Assembly: GCA_033763315.1 (NCBI GenBank)
Contig: JANRKS010000009.1
Location: forward strand, 320,001 to 384,000
Length of the DNA: 64,000 nucleotides
Direction: 5' to 3'
Source: Deltaproteobacteria bacterium
GTDB lineage: Bacteria > Myxococcota_A > Polyangia > Fen-1088
Shown here: piece by piece, positions 51,582 through 61,530 of the stretch
How the letters are laid out: each line of letters starts with the position of its first letter
Numbering within the stretch: position 1 is the first letter of the stretch
Made by a program: the position numbers and the translations under genes
The notes under the pieces: generated by a model
Told to the model about the DNA's origin: nothing
The model's input: only the letters and a program-made list of their open reading frames with translations
The model's database searches: none

Positions 51582-54500
51582 ATGTCGTCCCGCCCCCCAG
51601 CTCCACCGGACGCCGCATCTAGCCCGTCCGCACCCAGCGGCGCTGGCGATGCCAAGGCCATTGTTTTGCCCGTGGGCAGCGCCGAAGCGTCCGTCTCTGA
51701 GATACCCACGCGCGAGGAAAGCCCCACCGTGGTGCTGGCGCGGGACGAAGTGCACTTGTTGGTGGCCGAGGCCGAAGCCAGTGGCGACAAAGCTTGGTCC
51801 AGCCGCGTCTTCTTTGAGGCTGCTTATCTGCAAGAGACAGCGCTTGAACAGGAAAAGGCCGCCGCCCGCACATACGCGAAGTCACTAACGACGGATCCCA
51901 CCTTCCAGCCAACGGCGTGGCGCTTGCGGCAACAGCTTTCGCGGCAAGGTTTTTGGGAGAACCTCATCCGTGTGATTGAGGCCGAGGCGCGCTTCGCCAG
52001 CAACACGCGATCACAAGATCGGTCGGATTTGCTGCTGGAAAAAGCTTTGCATCAGTGGCATCGGTCGCCACGTCCCGAACTGCCGCGTGACAGTTTTACA
52101 GAGGCGGTGCAAGCGGATCCCAGGAACCGCGCCGCGCTGATGGGTTCGTTGTTGCACGCGCTTGGCGGCGGTCACCTTACGGAAGTCGAACGTGCCTTCG
52201 AGGGCCTGCTGGAAAGCGCCACATCGGCCACAGACACGGCGGCCTGGACGGCCGCTTTGGCCACCTGGCTGTTAACTTCGCAAGCCGCCAACAGCGATCC
52301 TCTGGCCCGTGCTTCGCGCGCGGTAGACGTGCTGCTGCGTGCGTTGGCTTCCGGCGTGCGCGAGCCAACGTTGTTGGCGGCACTCGATCGCTTTTCATTG
52401 GCCGCCGGCGACGAACGCCTACGCTTAGCCGCGTTGCAAGCGTGGGACGACGCCGCACCGGCGGCGCGATCCGCTCACATGGATGCCGCGCGCTTGGTTG
52501 CGTTGCGCGAAAGGGCGCGTCGCCTGGCGGCGCAAGGTGATCTTGTGGGTGCCGCGCAAGCGCTTGACCGCGCGCTTTTGCTCGAGCCTGAGCACCCCGT
52601 GGTCGCCGCCGATCGTTTAGATTTAGCCGTTCTTGCCGGACGCGTGAACGTCTTCGATGCGTGGCCAGGATTCAATGACGATCCTGCCGTGCAAGCCGAA
52701 CTTTTGTTTCGCCGCGCGGATATGGCGGTTCGGCAGGGCGCGTGGGGAGAAGCGATGGGCGCCTTGGGGCAAGTGTCGCCGCACGCCGATTTGGATGACC
52801 TGTGCTTTGCCGAGCGGTTGCGCACGTTGGCAGGCTTGCAAGACGCGCACGGCATGGCGCAAGCCTATGAAGCGCATGCCGATGGTTTGCTCGCGCGTGT
52901 GCCCGCACACGACAACGAAAAGAAGGCGTTGCACGAAGTGGCTCACCAGTACGTGCGCGCCGGCGTGCTGTGGGAGGCCGAGTTGGCCGACAGCGAGCGC
53001 GCCGAGACGCTTTACAGCCAAGCCTTGGCGATGGTGCCTTCATACCGGCCCGCGCTTGAGGGCTTGGCCTCCGTGTTCACGCGCGAAGGCCGCTGGGAGA
53101 GCCTGGTCGATCTTGTAGCCAGCGACGCAGCCGCGGCTTCGAATTCGACGCGCGCTTCAGCGCTGCGTGAGTCGTTGGTTTTGCTGAACCGCGATTTGCT
53201 CTTCGATTGGCAAGCCGCGATGGCGGCGCAGACGGCGCTGCTGCGTGACCACGAGGACGCACGCGGCCTGTTTCGCTGGCTTGATCTTGCGGCCTTGCTT
53301 TCGCAGAAGGATCCTTCGGCGTTGTCTGATGCGTTGGCGGCTGTGTCGCGCTTGAGACAAAACGCGCGTACAGGCACAGGACGTGCGGCGTTGTCTCTTT
53401 TGGGCGCGCGGCTCGTGATGGGCACGTCACGCGACGCCGAAGTTGATGCGCTTTTAGACCGCGCGCTGGCTGACGATCCGCTTTCGTTGTCAGCGGCTTT
53501 CATAGAACGGCGCTCGCGTGGGGAACCAACGCGGGTGCGTATGGCGTTGCAGAAGGAGCTCGATGCCCACGCGCGCGCAGCTGCCACAGCTGATGCTGCG
53601 GCTGTCGATCGTGTGCGTGCCCTGCGTTTTCGTCAGGCCTTTGTCTCGCTGGAAGCGGGGCAGGCGGCGGACGCGCTGTCAGCACTTGAGCCGCTCGTGC
53701 GAGCAGGCGATGTGTTCGCGTTTGCTTGGCAAGTTGATATTGTCCGCCGCTTGCGCGATCCCGCGCTGCTGCGCCGGTTGTTGTTGACACCGCACGCAGG
53801 TCCCGAAGACGCTTGGTCGCAAGCGCAAGCCGCTCACGAGCGCGCTGAGCTTACTCTCCTGCTCGCGCAGTGTTGGGAATCACTCGGACGCCGATCCGAC
53901 GCAGCAGAGACGTTTGCGCAAGCTGCCGCCCTTGCCGAACAAGATGCGTCCGGGGACTTTGCCGTACGAAGCCACTTGGGATGCCTCCGCAGCGCTGCGG
54001 CGGAAACCAACATCGCGGTGACCGTGGCGTCGCTGCAAGCTTTGTCGGACCTCTTCAGTGGCGACCTTGCCGCCAGCTTCGCGCAAGAGGCCCAGCATAT
54101 CTTGCTGGCCACGGGCGGTGCCATAAGCCCGGCCGCGGTTGTGCCGGGTGACGTGAGCCTATCGTGGTTGGCTGCGGCGCGCGGCGATGACGGGCGGCGG
54201 TTTTGGGCGTGTTTGCAGCAAGTGGCGGAGGAATCCGAGCCGAGCGCAGCGCGCGCGGCATTGTGGCTGCATTTGGCGCTTGACGCTGCCATCAATGGAT
54301 ACGGCGATGCGGAACATGCTTTCGCTTCGTCCTACGAAACGGTCGCCACGCCCGCCGTTGAGGTGGCTGTCGCGGATCTACCCGGCATGACCGTGCCGGT
54401 GGCGTTCGTCGAACAGCTTTCATCAGCTCGACTGGCTCGCTTGACGGACGCGGCTCGCGCAGGCGACGAAGCGAGTGCGGCGCTGGCGTCATTGGTGGCG

Positions 54501-56486
54501 CTCGAAAGCGCGCACGCGGCGGAAACGGATGGGCGCCTTGGCGCTGCTGCGGCCACATACGCGCTCGTGCTTGAGCTGCGACCCGATTCACTTGAAGCGC
54601 TTGAGGGCTTGCGCCGGTTGGCGCAACTGGCGGGCGCCCGGGCACACGAAGCGTGCTTGCTTGAACGCATTGGGGATTCATTAACCAGCGCCACGGCTGC
54701 GGCCGCTCACTACGCCGAAGCTGCGTTGCTCGCTGAGGCCGACGGTGAAAACGACGTGGCCGTTCGCCTGTTCTACAAGGTGCTGACACGCGCACCCAGC
54801 GATGACGAAGCATTCGAGCGGTTGTTGGCCCTGCAACGCTCGGCCGAGGCGTGGCCCCACGTGGAAAACCTGCTTGGTTTTAAACTCACGCAACTTGGGC
54901 ACAACCCCAAACGCTGTCTGCCTTTGTGGCTTGAGCGGGCCCGGCTTCGCTACGCTCATTTGAACAAAGTAGAGGCAGCGCTTTTAGATTGGCGACGAGC
55001 GTTGGCCGTCGATGAGGACCTCTTTGAGGCGCAATGGCGGTTGGCGCAGGCCGCGCGCGAACAGGGCGCGATCCCCGCCGCGCGCGCGCGTTTTTTGTTC
55101 GCGTCGCGGTGCCGATGCGACGAGCCCGTCATGCTCGTCGAATGCCTGATTGAACTTGCCGAAGTCTGCCGCGGGCAAGGTGATAGCGCTGCCGCGAGGG
55201 CGGCGCTGAACCGCGTGCCGGAGGTGCTCGAACACGTCACGGAGCCTGCGCTGCAGCGGTTGGTGCCTCTGTGCGTGGCACTTGGCCTTGCGCCGCTGGC
55301 CGAACTTGCCTTGCGCAAAATCGCGGATCAGCACGCGGGGAGCACGCGCGCAGGCTTTTTGTTGCAAGCGGCCCGGGTGCTTCGTGACGCGAATCAGTGG
55401 GATTCGGCTGCGCGCGCCGCGGGTCACGCCATCGCGGCGGACCCGTATGGCGATGCCATCATCGACTTTCTCGATTTCCCGGCGTCAGTTCGCGAAAGCG
55501 CCCCCTTCGATGTCGCGCAGGCGTTAAACGAAGTTCTCGCGGACGTCTGTGGTGAGGGGATGTTTGTGTTGCCCAAAGTGGCGCTGCTCGATGCGTACGC
55601 GAACGTTGCGGGCCAAACGTGGCGCCAGAACGTGGTGGCTCAATTGTTGTTCTTGCTGGGCCAAGGCAACGCCCGCGGTGTGGCGCACACCATTTCAGGC
55701 AGCATCGACACAGATACGTTGTTTGCGTTGGGCGCGCACGAAGAGTTGCCGGCCGTTGTTTCTTCCATCCAGGCTTCGTGGCCCGTCTTGGCGCCCGCCG
55801 TTCACAAGGTTTGGTCCAGTGCGACCAATGCACCTGCTGGTGTGCGTTCCCAACGGATGCAGGCGGCCGAGGAGCCCCGCCTCGATTGGTTCTTGGCAGC
55901 AGCGCGCACCCTTGGCCTTGATGACGTGGCCACCTTTGCCACGCCTGCAGAAACCCCGGTGGCAATCTTGTCCACGCCCACCAACGCCGTCGCGTTGGCG
56001 CCGAGTGTGTTGGGCGGCGATGCTGGCAGCCGGTTTCGCGCGGCTCGTGCGTTGGCGTTGCTGAAGTTGGGCGTGCCCTTCTTGTTGGCGTCAACCGATG
56101 TGCAGCCCACGGTGCCTTGGGCTGTGGCTGCGCTGCGCGTGGTTGCGTCTGGGGGCGTGGCCGCTGGCGACACGGAGCTTGAACAGAAGCTTGCGAAGGC
56201 GATATCCAAAAAAGCGATCAAGGCTGCCTCTTTGGGGAACCTCTCGTTGGCGACTCCATCTGACGTGACACAGTGGCTTGCACAATGCCAACGGGCGGCG
56301 ATCAGGTTCGCCTTGGCCGTGGCGGGCGACCTTCCTGAAGCCACATACGCGCTGGTGGGCTCACGAAAGCTGGAAAACGTGCAAGCCGATGACAACGCGC
56401 GGGCGCTGATTGCGTTTGCGCTTTCGCAGGCGCACCAAGATTTGCGGCAACGCCTTGGCCTTCAAAATGGGGGACCGCGTGGCTAA
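51582..56486 (+). CDS. Giant TPR/alpha-solenoid protein (about 1630 aa)
   Basis: TPR-like units (YAKSLTTDPTF, ALLLEPEHP, LELRPDSLEAL); C-terminal RFALAVAGDL..FALS domain; ORF track opens at 51453. Confidence 0.8.
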   Translation: MSSRPPAPPDAASSPSAPSGAGDAKAIVLPVGSAEASVSEIPTREESPTVVLARDEVHLLVAEAEASGDKAWSSRVFFEAAYLQETALEQEKAAARTYAKSLTTDPTFQPTAWRLRQQLSRQGFWENLIRVIEAEARFASNTRSQDRSDLLLEKALHQWHRSPRPELPRDSFTEAVQADPRNRAALMGSLLHALGGGHLTEVERAFEGLLESATSATDTAAWTAALATWLLTSQAANSDPLARASRAVDVLLRALASGVREPTLLAALDRFSLAAGDERLRLAALQAWDDAAPAARSAHMDAARLVALRERARRLAAQGDLVGAAQALDRALLLEPEHPVVAADRLDLAVLAGRVNVFDAWPGFNDDPAVQAELLFRRADMAVRQGAWGEAMGALGQVSPHADLDDLCFAERLRTLAGLQDAHGMAQAYEAHADGLLARVPAHDNEKKALHEVAHQYVRAGVLWEAELADSERAETLYSQALAMVPSYRPALEGLASVFTREGRWESLVDLVASDAAAASNSTRASALRESLVLLNRDLLFDWQAAMAAQTALLRDHEDARGLFRWLDLAALLSQKDPSALSDALAAVSRLRQNARTGTGRAALSLLGARLVMGTSRDAEVDALLDRALADDPLSLSAAFIERRSRGEPTRVRMALQKELDAHARAAATADAAAVDRVRALRFRQAFVSLEAGQAADALSALEPLVRAGDVFAFAWQVDIVRRLRDPALLRRLLLTPHAGPEDAWSQAQAAHERAELTLLLAQCWESLGRRSDAAETFAQAAALAEQDASGDFAVRSHLGCLRSAAAETNIAVTVASLQALSDLFSGDLAASFAQEAQHILLATGGAISPAAVVPGDVSLSWLAAARGDDGRRFWACLQQVAEESEPSAARAALWLHLALDAAINGYGDAEHAFASSYETVATPAVEVAVADLPGMTVPVAFVEQLSSARLARLTDAARAGDEASAALASLVALESAHAAETDGRLGAAAATYALVLELRPDSLEALEGLRRLAQLAGARAHEACLLERIGDSLTSATAAAAHYAEAALLAEADGENDVAVRLFYKVLTRAPSDDEAFERLLALQRSAEAWPHVENLLGFKLTQLGHNPKRCLPLWLERARLRYAHLNKVEAALLDWRRALAVDEDLFEAQWRLAQAAREQGAIPAARARFLFASRCRCDEPVMLVECLIELAEVCRGQGDSAAARAALNRVPEVLEHVTEPALQRLVPLCVALGLAPLAELALRKIADQHAGSTRAGFLLQAARVLRDANQWDSAARAAGHAIAADPYGDAIIDFLDFPASVRESAPFDVAQALNEVLADVCGEGMFVLPKVALLDAYANVAGQTWRQNVVAQLLFLLGQGNARGVAHTISGSIDTDTLFALGAHEELPAVVSSIQASWPVLAPAVHKVWSSATNAPAGVRSQRMQAAEEPRLDWFLAAARTLGLDDVATFATPAETPVAILSTPTNAVALAPSVLGGDAGSRFRAARALALLKLGVPFLLASTDVQPTVPWAVAALRVVASGGVAAGDTELEQKLAKAISKKAIKAASLGNLSLATPSDVTQWLAQCQRAAIRFALAVAGDLPEATYALVGSRKLENVQADDNARALIAFALSQAHQDLRQRLGLQNGGPRG

Positions 56487-59400
56487 GAAAAATCCCCCCG
56501 CAACGTCGTCTGCCGCGGCACCACCTGAGGCCTTACCCAACCTTGCAGATTGGGAGCAAGCGATTGATACATGGGACGCGTCGATTGGTGGACTTGAAGA
56601 TCTGGCTGAGCCGACGGCCGGCGACCCCGTTGCGGTGAAGCGCAACGAAACGGCGGCACCGTTGGGCGTTGACGCCCCGAGTTTGGGCAACGTTCCCGAT
56701 GTTGCCACAAATGCGAGCCACAGTGACGTTGTGCTGATCCCCGATGTGGCTGCTTTGTCGGCGGCACAAGCGGCACCCGCAGCGCCACCGCCGGTCCTCG
56801 TCGACAATCACGAAGTCAGCACTAAAGATGTGGACGCTGAACCGTCAGTCACACAGACGAGCGCTGACCTCACCGAGCCGCTTGTGCACCTCACGGTGTC
56901 GCCGGAAGAAGTGCTGTTGGCTGAGGACGTCGTGCTGGAGGATGATTTCGATCCATTCAACACGCCGGTTGCGCCCGACGAAGACATCGCCTTACAGCCG
57001 CCGCCGTTCGTCGAGACGCGGCGCCTTGATGGGTTCGTGGGCGATGTAGATTGGCCGTCCGTGGCGGCTCCCGCCACCGGCCCCACAACCGCGTACAAAG
57101 AAGAGCGCCTCGCGCTGTTGGCCGATGAGCTTGAGGCACGACAAGCGGAGGGCGCCGCACCACAGGCGATGGCTTGGGTGGCTGTTGAGGCCGCGCGTGC
57201 CGCGCACATGGCACAATCTTCGGAATTGATGGCGCGCTTGATCGAGCGGGCGTGCACGCTGGATCCACACGCCGTGGCGCCGCGCCGAGAACGCTTGCGG
57301 TTGCACGTGTCGTCGCCTTCGCCCGAAACAGCGTATGCCGCTGAGCTGCTGCCATTGGTCACAGACGTTAGCGAGCGTGCGGGCGCGGAGCGGCAAGCGT
57401 ATGCGGATATATGTGGCACATTGCGCGCGCTTGCCGGTCACCGTGGCGTGCAACGCAATGACGATCTCGATCCAGGCTTAGCGTTGCGCGCGGCCCGCGC
57501 CTACTTGGCTTCGGACGATGTGGTTCGCGCTTCGGATGCCATTGCCAGCGCGGGCCGTGCACTGGGTGGGCGCGTGGGGGCCCAGTTGCTTTTCGTAGGG
57601 GCGCGGCTTCTTGAGACACGCTCCACCGGCGACCGTGGCGTGGCGTTGCGCGAACAAGCGCGTGCGCTTGGGCCTGCGGCGCCCGGCAACTTGATGGCCA
57701 CTTTGCGTTTGGCCGGCGCCTTCTCGGCGAGCGACACTTTGGCTGCCTTGCAACGTTGTTTGGCTGAACTTACCGATGACAAGCTCAAGTCCGCTTTAGG
57801 GCGTTGGGCCGCGAGCTTGGCCGAATCGCTTGGCAACACCGCGCTGGCTGCCGAGCTTTTGGTTGCGGTGGTGGACGGCAAACCGCTTGTGCAGTTGCGT
57901 GTGTCAGAACGCATCTCGCTTTTGCCGTTGCACATCACGGATGTGATCGACAATCCGGAAGGGTGGGCGGAAGGGCTGGAGCCTCAGGATTGTGCGTTGT
58001 TGATGGCTGCGGCCGCTGAGACCGCCTTGCGAATCGCTCGCCCCCACGACGCTGTCGCTTTGCTGCGGTTTGGCCTGGAGGCCGCGCCCCGGGCGGTGTT
58101 CCCAGCGATGCTCGCCGAGCGGCTTTGCCACTCTGTATCGGATGACAGCGTAAAGATGCAAGCCTTGGCCCTGTGGGCCGAAGGCGACCCGGCGCGCACA
58201 GGCTTTGCCTTGCTGCAACGGTGCGCAGAGCTTGCGCACTCACCTGACTCTGACCTGCGCCACAACGAACTTCTTAAAGAGCAGACCGTGGCTTGTGAGG
58301 CTTTGCCTACGGACGCGGCGTTCTTGCCGTTCGCATGGCACGAGCTCACACAGCGGCGTTTCGCCGAGGCCGCCTCCCTGCTCGAACACGGCGCCGCTCG
58401 TTTTGAGGCGATGGGTGAACTTGAGCTCGCAACGTTGCTGCGTGAACGCGCCGAAGACGCCAACGTGGCGCAACTGCCCACGCGCGCCGTGGTACGTGCC
58501 ATGGCGCGTTCATCCACCATGGAAGAAACGCTTGATCACCCTCGTGTGCTGGCGCTGGCGCCGCTTGAGCACGCCGGTGAACCCGCGGCCGTTGCATCGG
58601 TCTACCGGGCCGCCGCTATGGCTTCACGGACGGTTGGCCTGCGGGTCATTGAAGCGTCTGTGTGGATGAAGACCGCTGGCCAGCGCCGCGAAGCCATTCA
58701 ATTTCTGCAGCCGCGTTGGGGGCAAGACAAACCCTCACCCACGTTGAGCTTGCTGCTGCGTGTGCTTACAAACACGTTCGATGATCCCGAATCCGCCGCC
58801 AGTGTGTTTGAACGCTTGGCTGCGTTCGCCGACACCAACGATCACCGTTCTTTCTGGTTGTTCCGCCGTGCGGAAGCGCTAGCAGGGGCAGGGCGTTTTG
58901 CACCTGCCGCAACGGCGCTTGGCGAAGTGGGGCCGGGCCCGCTTCAGGCCGAGGCGCTCGTTGCGTATCGGCGCACGCTGTGGTCCGCCCGTGCATTTGC
59001 GGCGCTTGATGCTCTTTTGCGCGACGAAGCCGATGGCTACCTGGGCGTGGGCCAAACAGATAAAGCGAGCCACGTGCTGGTCGAACGCGCCTTCGTGCGC
59101 GCCGAGGGGCTGCATGATCTTGAGGGCGCGTTGGCGCTCTTTCAAGAAGCGCTGGCGCTCGAACCGTCTGCCGTATCCGTGCCTGCACTCGTGATGGCGG
59201 CCATGCAAAACAATGTGCTCATGGTGCAGCAGTGTTTGTCTGCCTTGGCCGCCTCCGGCGACGGGGACGCAGCCTTGCTTCGCCTCCTGTTTGCTGAGGC
59301 ACGAAACGATTGGGCCGCCGCCTCTTCATGTTTGCTGCAAGCGCGTGACTTGGATCCACAACGTCTCACCCTCATCGCTCGCCAGTTTGGCCCAGGCTTA

Positions 59401-61491
59401 TCGAGTGAAGGATGGCTAGGTTTGGTGCAGGCGTTGTCATCGCGTGTGGACGGTGATCCTCGCTCCGTGCAGGCCTTGCGGGTGCGTGCCGCCGAAGCCT
59501 TGGCACGCGAAGGCGATCTGGCTGCAGCTCAAACGCAACTCACTACGGTTGTGCAAACCGAGCCCACCAACTTTGCGGCCTTGCGCCTACAAACGCGCGT
59601 GGCGAAAGCCGCAGGGGACACCGCCCATGGCCTGTCATCCCTGATTGCGGCGGCGCAGGCGTCGTCGGTGCCCTCACATCAAGCGCAGTTTTATCTTGAA
59701 GCCGTGCACCTCGCGGGCAAAAGCGACGTGCGTATAGAGGCGTGGCTGCGGCAAGCCTTGGCGTCTGAGCCCGCCAATGAAACCGCGTTTTCGGAACTGC
59801 GCGCCTTGTTGGCCGACCGTGAAGATATCGTCGGGCAGGCTGAGCTCATACGCGTGCGTCAGCAGTCGCCCTTGCGCCTAGAAGAAGCCAAAACCTTGCA
59901 TCTTGAGCGTGCCTCGCTGTTGGTGCGCAGCGGTGACAAAGCGGCCGCCAAGACCGAGCTGCGTGCGCTGTTGTCACGCGATCCCAACGATGCCGTGGCC
60001 CTGCGTGAGCTTGTAGAGCTTGAATACCAAGACGGCGCCTATTCGATCGCCGCCGAGATCTATTTGCGTTTGGCGCGCTTCGAAAATGCGCCCGAAAATC
60101 AGATCGAGATCTTCCGTCGTTTGGGCCGCATCTACCACCGGCGGCTCTCAGATCCCAAGCTTGCGGCCGGGGCTTTCGAACGCGTCGTAAAGCTGGCACC
60201 GAACGATCTCGATGCGCTGTCAGGTTTGTCTGACATCTACACCAAGCAAAATGATTTGCCGCGCGCCATCGCTGCCACGGAACGAGCTGTGGCGGTGGAG
60301 CCCGACGAAAAACGCCGCCTTAGCTTGTTGTTGCGCTTGGCTTCGCTTCACGAAAAGAACGGCAACGCGCGTGTGGCGGGCAACCTGTTGCGCCGCGCGC
60401 ACGATCAAGCGCCACGCAGCTTGCAGGCGATCGGTGAACTTGCGCGTTACCTCGAACGCCACAAGGACACACAAGGCAGGCGCGTGCTGCTCGACACTTC
60501 GCTCGGCCGCCTGCACGAAGATTTGCGCCGCTTTCCTGGCGATCTATCAGCGTTGCGCGCCATCGTGCCTGTTCTGCGGTGGTGTTCGCGCGCGGCGGGT
60601 TCGGCGGCCTCCGCGCAACTGCTGGCGGCGCTCAGTGACGATCCGGTCGAACGGCGTGAGCTGCAGGCGTGGTCGGCGCCCGACGCGAAGGGCCGCCGAC
60701 TCACACCTTTGGTCAACCCCGAGGTCGACGAGATGTCGTACCCCAGTTTGTTGCCACCCGGCATCCGCCAAGTCATGCGTGTGCTTGGACCATCGCTGTC
60801 GAAGGCCAGCCGCCCCGATCTGCGCAGCTATGGCGTCACGCGTGCCGAACGCATCGGCGTGGCCGAGGGCCCGCGCGCCATCGTCGACGCTTTGGCCGTG
60901 GATCTCGGCGTGCGCGGCTTCGAGGTTTTTGTGACCACGGACGTACCTCACGCACTGCTGGTCGAGCCGGGCGATCCGCCAGCCATTGTGCTTGGCTCTG
61001 AACTCGTCAAGCGAGGTCCGACGGCCGTTCGTTTCGCCGCGGGTTACACCCTGCGGTTGGTGGCCACGCACTTTGATCTGCTGGCGTCGAGCAACCCGGG
61101 ACCCAAGGTGTTGCTTACGGCCTTGGTGCGCCAATTCTTGAACGTACCCCCAGATGACTCTGTGGACGAAGCGGCTGTGCAGCGGGCGTTGCCCCGGCTG
61201 CTGAAGGCATTGGGGCGCTCGCAGCGTGCTGAGCTGCGACCATTCGTCGCCGAAATCGCCAGCCCGGATAGCCTCGCCCATGTCGGCAACAGCGTGCTTG
61301 AAACCGCGGCGCGCGTGGGCTTGCTGGCGTGTGGTGATCTCGCCACGTCTATCCAAGTGTTATTGGCCGCGGCCGGACAGCCATTGTCGCCCACCAATTT
61401 GGCGGCCTCGCCGGTCGCCGCAGGCCTGTTCGAGTTCGCGTTGTCCGCCGACTACGAGTTGCTGGTGCGCGCCATCGAGTCTGTTTCGTAA
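56479..61491 (+). CDS. Giant TPR/alpha-solenoid protein (about 1670 aa) with acidic N-terminus
   Basis: TPR units (LLSRDPNDAVAL, VVKLAPNDLDAL); C-terminal ETAARVGLLACGDL..FALS domain; GTG start overlaps the upstream stop. Confidence 0.8.
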   Translation: MAKKNPPATSSAAAPPEALPNLADWEQAIDTWDASIGGLEDLAEPTAGDPVAVKRNETAAPLGVDAPSLGNVPDVATNASHSDVVLIPDVAALSAAQAAPAAPPPVLVDNHEVSTKDVDAEPSVTQTSADLTEPLVHLTVSPEEVLLAEDVVLEDDFDPFNTPVAPDEDIALQPPPFVETRRLDGFVGDVDWPSVAAPATGPTTAYKEERLALLADELEARQAEGAAPQAMAWVAVEAARAAHMAQSSELMARLIERACTLDPHAVAPRRERLRLHVSSPSPETAYAAELLPLVTDVSERAGAERQAYADICGTLRALAGHRGVQRNDDLDPGLALRAARAYLASDDVVRASDAIASAGRALGGRVGAQLLFVGARLLETRSTGDRGVALREQARALGPAAPGNLMATLRLAGAFSASDTLAALQRCLAELTDDKLKSALGRWAASLAESLGNTALAAELLVAVVDGKPLVQLRVSERISLLPLHITDVIDNPEGWAEGLEPQDCALLMAAAAETALRIARPHDAVALLRFGLEAAPRAVFPAMLAERLCHSVSDDSVKMQALALWAEGDPARTGFALLQRCAELAHSPDSDLRHNELLKEQTVACEALPTDAAFLPFAWHELTQRRFAEAASLLEHGAARFEAMGELELATLLRERAEDANVAQLPTRAVVRAMARSSTMEETLDHPRVLALAPLEHAGEPAAVASVYRAAAMASRTVGLRVIEASVWMKTAGQRREAIQFLQPRWGQDKPSPTLSLLLRVLTNTFDDPESAASVFERLAAFADTNDHRSFWLFRRAEALAGAGRFAPAATALGEVGPGPLQAEALVAYRRTLWSARAFAALDALLRDEADGYLGVGQTDKASHVLVERAFVRAEGLHDLEGALALFQEALALEPSAVSVPALVMAAMQNNVLMVQQCLSALAASGDGDAALLRLLFAEARNDWAAASSCLLQARDLDPQRLTLIARQFGPGLSSEGWLGLVQALSSRVDGDPRSVQALRVRAAEALAREGDLAAAQTQLTTVVQTEPTNFAALRLQTRVAKAAGDTAHGLSSLIAAAQASSVPSHQAQFYLEAVHLAGKSDVRIEAWLRQALASEPANETAFSELRALLADREDIVGQAELIRVRQQSPLRLEEAKTLHLERASLLVRSGDKAAAKTELRALLSRDPNDAVALRELVELEYQDGAYSIAAEIYLRLARFENAPENQIEIFRRLGRIYHRRLSDPKLAAGAFERVVKLAPNDLDALSGLSDIYTKQNDLPRAIAATERAVAVEPDEKRRLSLLLRLASLHEKNGNARVAGNLLRRAHDQAPRSLQAIGELARYLERHKDTQGRRVLLDTSLGRLHEDLRRFPGDLSALRAIVPVLRWCSRAAGSAASAQLLAALSDDPVERRELQAWSAPDAKGRRLTPLVNPEVDEMSYPSLLPPGIRQVMRVLGPSLSKASRPDLRSYGVTRAERIGVAEGPRAIVDALAVDLGVRGFEVFVTTDVPHALLVEPGDPPAIVLGSELVKRGPTAVRFAAGYTLRLVATHFDLLASSNPGPKVLLTALVRQFLNVPPDDSVDEAAVQRALPRLLKALGRSQRAELRPFVAEIASPDSLAHVGNSVLETAARVGLLACGDLATSIQVLLAAAGQPLSPTNLAASPVAAGLFEFALSADYELLVRAIESVS

Positions 61492-61530
61492 GGTGCCGCG
61501 CCAGCTGTGGGCGTGTTACAGTGGGTCGCA